Below are positions 53,556 through 64,000 of a stretch of DNA of 64,000 bases, piece after piece. Every line of letters starts with the position of its first letter. Positions within the stretch are counted from its first letter, which is position 1. The position numbers and the translations under genes are program-made. The stretch is from positions 158,100,001-158,164,000 of the forward strand of contig OZ024741.1 in NCBI GenBank assembly GCA_964016885.1, given 5' to 3'. Source of the DNA: Eledone cirrhosa (Eukaryota). Under the pieces are notes generated by a model. That model had not been told where the DNA came from. It made no database searches and saw only the letters and a program-made list of their open reading frames with translations.

Positions 53556-53705
53556 GTACATATACTCCTTTATGAACTATCAAATTATATTTAGAAGGAT
53601 ACACATGTTGTTGAGTGCTAGAATCCAATTGTATCATCATTTACTGATTGAAGTGTTGTATACACAACCCAGTTGGTCAATATCTTATCCAAAAGTGAAT
53701 GTGTG

Positions 53706-53762
<57 letters not shown>

Positions 53763-53907
53763 CCAATCAACCGCCATATCGCAATGATTGTATAATCGCA
53801 CCTATGATTGCATAAGCATCTGACAAAGTCACATGAATAACCCTGTAACAGAAATATAAATCATGCAATAAATAATTATGGTGAATTAATCCTGTCTTAA
53901 ATACCAT

Positions 53908-53953
<46 letters not shown>

Positions 53954-54387
53954 TATTTTATGTGTGTATATATATATATATATATATACACATACACACA
54001 CATACATACATTTTGGGCTGCAAATCTATCCAACCCACACGTACATGGAAAAAGAGATGTTAACCTTATGATGATGATGATGGCTATTATACCAGCCTGT
54101 TTATTTATCAGTTTCTCAGTCTTACTATCACTTCATTTAAATATCATCAACCCCTTCACACTTCTACCCATCCTTCCATCCCTCTTTCTAGTCATTGACT
54201 CCACCCAAATTTTCTCAAACTCTAAAATAAATTACTAGATAGAAGAAGAATATGATGCCTGTATCTTGTTTAACTGCCTGTCTGGCAAATTGTATATATT
54301 GTATATCTGTCTATGTATCTATCTTTTTGTATGTTTGTCTATCTTTCTACCTAACTATCTGTCTGCCTGTCTATATATATGTTTTAT

Positions 54388-54414
<27 letters not shown>

Positions 54415-54419
<5 letters not shown>

Positions 54420-54469
54420 TTATATATATATATATATATATAATATATATTTATATATATATATATTAT

Positions 54470-54503
<34 letters not shown>

Positions 54504-54650
54504 ATATATATATATATATAATATATATATATAATATTTATATATATTTATATATATTTATATATATATATATATATATAATATATATATATATATAATA
54601 TATATATATATATTTATATATATATATAATATATATATATATATTTATAT

Positions 54651-54722
<72 letters not shown>
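54415..54722. repeat. Interrupted (TA)n microsatellite
   Basis: Direct inspection. Confidence 0.95.
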
Positions 54723-54724
<2 letters not shown>

Positions 54725-54949
54725 AAGTATTCATCAGAATTAGAAACCTGCTTATCTTGAAAGAAATAGAATTTCTCTGCCTGCCATATCCCTTGGTTAC
54801 AGCAGCTAATGCTGCCTCTGTAGGCTGATCTACCTGGGTAGGTGTGGTGGTAGAGAGAACTCTTCTACTCTGCTCTTATTACAGGTGGGTAAAGCATTCT
54901 TTTACTGAATGACCTTTACCTTTTCAGTTGCAAATATCTTCTTTTTATT

Positions 54950-54981
<32 letters not shown>

Positions 54982-55025
54982 TATTGTTTTGAAGGAGTTT
55001 TTCTTTATAGCCCTCCTTCTTCTGC

Positions 55026-55111
<86 letters not shown>

Positions 55112-55124
55112 TATATATATATAA

Positions 55125-56172
55125 TCATCATCATCATCATAATTTTACATCTGCTTTTCCCTGCTTGCAAGGGTGGGATGGTCCCTCTTTAGCACAGCAT
55201 CTCTCCATTCATCACGGTCCCTTGTCATCTCTGTGCGCTTCAGCAATCTGAGGTCAGCTCTCACTACCTCCACCCATGTTTTTCGTGGTCTTCCTCTACT
55301 GCATCTTCCTTCCACCGGGATTTCTTGGCACTTCTTCACCCAGCTGTCATCTTCCATGCGCATCATATGGCCATACCAATGCAGTCTTCTCTCCTGCACA
55401 ATACAGTTTATCCCTCTTATACAGTTTCACTCTCAACTCGTCTATGCTTGGTCGTTCACACACATTGACATTGCACATCCATCGGAGCATGCTTGCTTCA
55501 TTTCTCTCCAACCGTCGCATATTCTCTGCAGTTGTTGCCCATGTCTCACTACCATGAGCATCGCGCATCTCATACAGGTATCATATAACCAACCTTTCAT
55601 TTGTGGGGAGAAACCCTTCATTGTCAACAGAGAAAGCAGCTCCCTAAACTTCTTCCATCCTGTCTTTATTCTAGATACTATGGCCTCAGAGCATCCTCTT
55701 CCCTTGCTAATCTGATCATCTAGGTATCGGAAGCTATCAACCACCTCTATAGACCCTACCTGCATTTGAAAAATCACTGACACTTCTACTATCAAATTTA
55801 CCTGAACATCTACCACATATGAAATTTTCCCTTCCTGTTAGTTTGCCTGCTATCCCATTACATCTCTTGTGTACCCAAGATCTGCATTGTGTACATACTA
55901 TAGAGTTTATGCCTACTTTTTTGCTACATATCAAACATGGTCATTTCCCTGATGGAATTAGAGTTTTATCCTTTTTCCTACTTATCAACACTTTAATCTT
56001 TGCTAGGTTCACTCTAAGTCCTCTTGATTCCAACTGCTGTTTTACATAGCCAGAATTTATTCTCTAGCTGCTCTACTGATTCTGCTATTAGTACCAGATT
56101 GTCAGCATAGAGAAGTTCCCATGGGCAGCCAGTCTTAAACTCCTCTGTTATGGCTTGGAGAACTATAATGAC
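55125..56172 (-). mobile_element. Frameshifted RTE (family 2) 3' portion with PHD finger
   Basis: LQAITEEFKTGCPWELLYAD, ICSK...CTQC..WVHKRC...ICGRC, RRLHWYGHMMR. Tail shared with SINE B. Confidence 0.9.
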
Positions 56173-56226
<54 letters not shown>

Positions 56227-56239
56227 GTATATATATGGC

Positions 56240-57270
56240 TTGGGCACAGTCTTTTGTGACTGAGCAACCCTTTCAAGAGAGAACACTGCTCCCCAAATCT
56301 TGGGAGAGATCTAGAAAAGGTGACCCAAACATTGTTTGTTCCACCAGCAATCTGGTCAGCCCTCCGGGGCTTAGTCTTACTCACTTGAACCTCACTCATA
56401 ACAAGCCGGTGGTCACTGCTCAGTGTACTGAAATAACTGTAGGGTTCTGTGTTCAGAAAACTATTCCGTCACTTTCTCCTCACCAGAATGAAATCAATCT
56501 GGGACTTGGTCTGGTGCATATCAGAAATGTAGGTCCACATCTTCCCCGGTTTCTTCCTAAACCTTAGGTTGGTTGCCATCAGGTTTGCCTCCAGCAGGGT
56601 GTCTCTCATTAGTCTCCCTTTTCGGTTAGTGTTGTCATCGATGTACCAACAGGGATCTTCACTGCTCTCCTTACTCAGATGTGCATTGAAGTCACCCAGA
56701 TCAAGCATGTTGTGAGCTTGTGTAGTGTTGACAGTTCAACACACTTCCTCATGAAACTCTTCTGCACTTAAATCACTGTCCATTTCAGTTGGACTATAGG
56801 CTGAGATGACTGTCAGCCTTGGGTTTCGATTGAAGGTCACCCTCAAAACTCGCGAGGAGATGGGTATGATCTCCCTCACTAATTGGTTGGATCCTGCACT
56901 CAACACAACCCCACTTTTCCTACTGCAGTGTTAGTTGTATTCCTCACAGCTGATGTGGTGATAAGCTGGTTCCTCTTTCCAATCATGGTTCTCTTCATGG
57001 GTTAATCATATAGTATCCTGTGTTCTTGGATCGCAAGGATCTGCACACCACTCTCCCTGAACAGATGACCCAACTCCTCTCTCTTCTCCAGTATCCTAAC
57101 AGTCCTCACATTTAATGTGCCTATTTTAATGGTTCTTCTGCAGGACAAAATTGACTTCTTTATATTTTTCTGTAGTGTTTCAGAAACAGCCCCTCCATCA
57201 TCCACTGGCCCTCCCTGTAACTCTCAACCAGCAGAGTCATAACGACCTGATTACACCTTGACTCTATCCT
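56240..57270 (-). mobile_element. RTE-like 5' portion with APE endonuclease (decayed)
   Basis: IGTLNVRT, ILAIQEHR, LGDFNAH, N-RF-K-PGK-WT, QIDFILV. Confidence 0.85.
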
Positions 57271-57855
57271 AGTGCTGTTAATAATACTCTCCAAGGTTCT
57301 TTTCAATGGTTGATAATACCTTACTGACACTACTCGAGTAAGTAACTAGATACATAACTTTACCACACTGTATTATATATACAAGCAGAAAAACCGCCCT
57401 TTGGCTGGTTTTTCTGCTAGCATGTGAAGTGTGCATATTGATATTATACGCAAGTATATATGATTGTAGATATGATACATCAAATAAAATCGTAATTGAC
57501 AATATACACAGAAATTGAACGAATATTGCGTTACACCGTCTTATGTAATCAGTAACATAATCCATGATACATTAAAAAAAGACAATATTATATATAAACT
57601 GCATTTGGAGAAAATTAGTGATGGAAATATATGAATGTTTATTTTAGCAATCGCCTACGGAAGTGTTGACATTTAAAAATTTTAAAGAAGTGAATCTTTA
57701 AATAAGCAATAAAATATATCTAATCAAAAGTTTAGCAGATAAATTATGTAATATTCATTCATTATTTATTCAAAGTAATCCAACATATTTTACAAACGTC
57801 ATAAAAAATTATATTCTGGATGCAGTCCCGCACTCCTTTCTTTATTATAGTTAAG

Positions 57856-58535
57856 ACTAGCAGAATGGCCCGGCGTTGCTCAGGATTTGCTCTAGGGTTC
57901 TTATATATTTGATATATATTTATCCTTATCGAGCCTCGTGAAATAAATACGTTTGTTTATATTTTGTTATTGTGTATGCAAAAATATCTGTACACGAATA
58001 TATAATTATATATATATATATATATATAACCGCTTAAAGTTTAAGCAAAGAATCGCTGCTTTCACTCTTAACGGGATCTTCTGAAACTAAAAAATCAATC
58101 TGTGAACGCAGAAGTAAATATTTGGAAAAACGTTACACACTATATATATATATACACACACTATATATACTTATATACACACATTCACACACCGCGTCAT
58201 AATGTCGTAATGCAGACAGCCAGACATACAGACAGATATGATAAGGGCGCAACATTATATCTATGTATCTATCTAAAAAGAAAGACTAAGAATTATAGAG
58301 AGAGATCACTAAATCGTCTAATGCGGTCCCTAGGGCATTGAAAGTTTGAAATTTTTTTTCTTCTCAAAACACTCACAGAACCATAAGTATTACATGTTTA
58401 AAGTTTGAAAACAATGGGTCGGGTGGTTCTTGAGATTTAGGGAAGCTGACAGACAGACAGACAGACGGACGGACATTCTCTGTTTTAGATATATAGACTA
58501 GCAGAAAACCACCCGGTGGGTGGTTTTCTGCTAGT
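57856..58535 (+). mobile_element. Non-autonomous Helitron/Helentron-like element with terminal hairpin
   Basis: Start actagcagaatggcccggcgttgc, (ACAG)n tract and ttttagatatatag end, followed by a perfect 18-bp hairpin at 58497-58535. Confidence 0.55.
58034..58135 (-). ncRNA. CAGAAGA-family hammerhead/pseudo-LTR copy
   Basis: Reverse-complement match to 42370-42472, one mismatch in stem II, within (TA)n. Confidence 0.6.
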
Positions 58536-58925
58536 CGATATATATTTATTAACACACACACAAACACAGACACACACACACATACATATATATACACCCA
58601 TGTTCATATTTTGAGATGCATTATTCTCAAATCAGATTATTATCTCTGACAGGAAAAACCAGTTTATAATTTTTAAGAAAAATTAAGCATACAGACATAT
58701 TTTAGGAAACTTATGAATTCCTGTACACACAAACACTTACACAGATACACAGACACACGCACAGACAGACACACACGCATACAGACACATACGCTAACAC
58801 ACACATACCATAAACACACTCATACATACACGCATGCACACACGCTAACACACACATACACACGCACATACACACTTAAACCTATATATATATAGAGAGA
58901 GAGACACACATAATATACATATATA

Positions 58926-58956
<31 letters not shown>

Positions 58957-59455
58957 ATATATTATATATACACACACACACATATAACACACACCCATAT
59001 ATAAAACACACACGCATACACACACGCATACACACACACACACACATACACACACACATACACACACATATAACACACACGCGCACACTCATACACACAC
59101 ATATAAAACACACACACATATATATATATATATATATGCTCAGCCCCAGTGAGTTGGTTAAAACACCAAAAGCCAGTCTTAAAGTTGTCGTCTGTAAATT
59201 CAAAGAACTCGGCTTCGTCTGGCTAGATCTCCATGGTAACTACTCCAAGGTCGTGCGTGCCATGGCTGGGAACGCAGGTGTCACATGCTGGCCTAGAACG
59301 CTGGTCGTTGGAATCAGTGGTCTACGACATAACATATATATTATATGTGTGGGGAATAGTATAAATATTTCTTCGTATTTACTAACATATATATATATAT
59401 TATATATTATATATACATACATTATATATATATTATTAATATATTACATACGTAC

Positions 59456-59490
<35 letters not shown>

Positions 59491-59497
<7 letters not shown>

Positions 59498-59558
59498 AAG
59501 ATTAAAGTTTAAGCAAAGAATCGCTGCTTTCACCCTTAACGGGATCTTCTGAAACTAA

Positions 59559-59560
<2 letters not shown>
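59491..59560 (-). ncRNA. CAGAAGA-family hammerhead/pseudo-LTR copy (core intact, distal stem I 5' strand missing)
   Basis: Matches 42415-42475 in reverse, flanked by (TA)n on both sides. Confidence 0.6.
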
Positions 59561-59596
<36 letters not shown>

Positions 59597-59639
59597 TGGT
59601 GATTTCTCAAGAATGAAACAGTTCTAGTCTATATATATA

Positions 59640-59668
59640 TTACACACACAGAAATGTATATATATTTC

Positions 59669-59703
<35 letters not shown>

Positions 59704-59850
59704 TACACACACAGAAATGTATATATATTTCTGTGTGTGTATATATATACATTACACACGCAGAAATGTATATATATTTCTGTGTGTATATATATATATT
59801 TCTGTGTATATATATATATATTACACACACAGAAATGTATATATATTTCT
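59640..59850. repeat. Tandem palindromic minisatellite (acacacagaaat...atttctgtgtgt)
   Basis: About four self-complementary units. Confidence 0.8.
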
Positions 59851-59969
59851 TAGAACAAAATTATTATTAATGTTTTGCTGTTCATAACAATTGGAATTGA
59901 AAAATTACTTTTGAAATTATTAATTATTTTACTAATGGTTAGATATGTAAAAATGAAGCAATGTTTCTA

Positions 59970-60160
59970 ATAATTGTTTCTACTTTTCGCACAAGGCCAG
60001 CAATTACCCAGTACATTACTGGTACTTTATTTTATCGACCCCGTGAGGATGAAAGGCAAAGTTAACCTCGGCGGTATTTGAACTCAGACCGTAAAGGGAC
60101 GTAACTCCATGCTATGAAGCATGGTGTCCGACTCTACAGATTCTGCCAATCCACCGCCCT
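59970..60160 (-). mobile_element. SINE family A
   Basis: Complete reverse-strand copy. Confidence 0.9.
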
Positions 60161-60549
60161 AATGTCTGTACGTAATGAGGGAGTGAGAGGGGAGAGAGGT
60201 GAAGTGACGAAGTGACTCTCCTCCTCCTCCATCTCCCCATTCGTCACAGCGATAGAGGGGAGGAATGTTAGTGTGTTACAAAGAGAAAGAGTGAGAGTGA
60301 GAGAAACAGACAGACTAAAAGAGAGGGATAGCTGGAGAGAGAGAGAGAGAGATAGCAACCACGCGTGCACATGTTTCCACTGTCGGACAGACAGACAGAG
60401 AAATTGCTGGTTATATATTATAAGGAGATTATTATAGATTACTACAGTGAACAAATATTATATTAGCTGTCAATCTAGTTAGTTATCCATATTATTTTAT
60501 ATTACAATATCTTTGCTGCTTACATGTTTCCATTGGTCCAGTTATTTGT

Positions 60550-61130
60550 TTACTGTATTTCTGATGGTTGGGATGACATGGGATTGTCTGTATTCCTGGG
60601 TCACTGTACCATGGGGTCACTCTACTACTGGATCACTTTACCACTGGGTCACTCTACTACTGGATCACTTTACCAGTGGGTTACTGTGTCACTGGATCAC
60701 TGTATTTCTGACAGTTGCTTTGGCATGGGATTGCCTTTGCCACTGGATCACTGTACCTCTGGGTCATTCAGTCACCTGGTCACTGTATTTCTAATAGTCA
60801 GGTTGACATGGGATTGTTTGTGACACTGTCACTGTATTTCTAATAGTCAGGTTGACATGGATTGTTTGTGAAACTGGGTCACTGGGTCACTATATTTCTG
60901 ACAGTTGGGTTGACATGAGATTGTTTGTGACACTGGGTCACTGTATATATGACAGTTCGGTTGACATAGGATTGTTTGTGTCACTGTCACTGGGTCATGG
61001 GATTGTTTGTGACGCTGTGTCACTGTATTTCTGACAGTCAGGTTAACATGGGATTGTTTGTGACACCTCACTGTATCAATGACAGTTGGGTTGACATGGG
61101 ATTGTTTCTGATAGTTGGATTGACATATCC
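60550..61130. repeat. Minisatellite, about 42-50-bp unit cactgtatttctgacagttgggttgacatgggattgtttgtga with cactgggt subrepeats
   Basis: Direct inspection. Confidence 0.85.
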
Positions 61131-61178
61131 TTTGGGGATACTTCATTATTTTGTTTTTCTGTTGGTCATGTAGCTTAA

Positions 61179-61843
61179 CCCTTTCATTACTGTATTTCTA
61201 ATAAAATACACTGCCTATATCATCATCATTACCGTTTTACATCAATATTTCCACGCTAGCATTGTGGGCAATGCCAGGTCAGGTGACCATGTCTTGCTCA
61301 GACAGGGCTGATTTTGGATCGGTTTCTACAGCTGGATGCCCTTCCTAACACCAACCTCATTTACAGTGAGTGCTGGGTGCTTTTTCACTGTGGCGCCTAC
61401 ACAATCACTTTACAGAGTGGACTGGGTGCTTTTTTGTCTTGACACCTCCATGACCACTTTGCAGTGGGAGGGGTTAGAGGCATATTGTCTATATGCTTCA
61501 GCTTCGGCTTGTACCCATGGGAACTCGGGTCTTCAGTATTACTGTGTAATGCCAGAGGTCTCGGTCCTGTTAATTTTTAAAATAACCAAAACTTTGAAGG
61601 AATTTGATGAAATAAACCATGATAATTTCTATGTCAACTTTTCCATGCTGGCATGTGTTGGACGTGACTTTTTGAGGTCATGTTTTACAATCAGGTGCCT
61701 TTCCTGACACCAATCCTTTTAGTCACTTCTTATGACATGCAAGGATATGGTGTACCTATTCTAAACTGGATAATGGATAAACATTTCTAAATAAGCAGTA
61801 TCATAAATCAGGACCAGTTTCAGGTAGTTTGGTATCAGAAGGG
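61179..61843. mobile_element. piggyBac-type MITE family 2 with nested SINE/RTE-tail pieces
   Basis: TTAA|CCCTTTCATTA...ggtatcagaaGGG|tta. Nested SINE-B-like segment at about 61222-61480. Confidence 0.6.
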
Positions 61844-62152
61844 TTACTTTTTTTGTGGGAGAGGTAGGTGTAGTGATTAAATAGGAAAGTTGTAATCTTT
61901 GCCAAAATTAAACTGAAATCTGGTCCATACTTCATTTTCCAGGAAATTTACATTGACATCAAATTGCTTGTATCTAATTTTCCTTTTTTCTTGCTTTGAA
62001 AGTGAAACTAATTTGATCTTCCTGGTATTTGAACTAAGCCAGGACCATGGGAAAACAGATGTGAATATTTCAATATTTCATCTACTATAGTTTTCAGTTT
62101 CAGTTATTTTCCTCTCTCCACTATACACATAAATATGCGTACTTCTACATGC

Positions 62153-62219
<67 letters not shown>

Positions 62220-62326
62220 ATATATATATTAGACAAATTAAGATCACAGATAAAAGTTCTCCAAATCATTTACTCTTTACAATTGTTTCAAAACAAATTT
62301 CATAAAATGCAGCCATATTGTTACTA

Positions 62327-64000
<1,674 letters not shown>

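Overview
AT-rich eukaryotic DNA saturated with (TA)n/(CA)n/(CT)n microsatellites and transposable elements. The SINE, RTE and Penelope repertoire suggests a cephalopod, probably octopus (inference). Most ORFs in the supplied track are microsatellite artefacts. Supported content: (i) three short, phase-compatible minus-strand exons of an unidentified host gene (23270-23174, 14191-14157, 10149-10034); (ii) RTE LINEs, including one 5'-truncated copy with an uninterrupted RT ORF and an inserted PHD finger, and one 5'-inverted copy with a 12-bp TSD; (iii) CR1/L2-like and R4/Dong-like fragments; (iv) Penelope-like elements (PLEs) with RT, a CxC-x5-C-x5-C linker and GIY-YIG, some forming palindromes; (v) several tRNA-derived SINE families, two piggyBac-type MITE families, a non-autonomous Merlin element and Helitron-like pieces. 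The most notable signal is a dozen or so type I hammerhead-ribozyme (HHR) motifs from several families, intact or decayed. One family folds as a full hammerhead but has the core CAGAAGA instead of CUGANGA in all four copies, across two diverged PLE subfamilies. All calls were made by eye; no database search or folding program was run, and element boundaries are approximate unless a TSD or TIR is cited.
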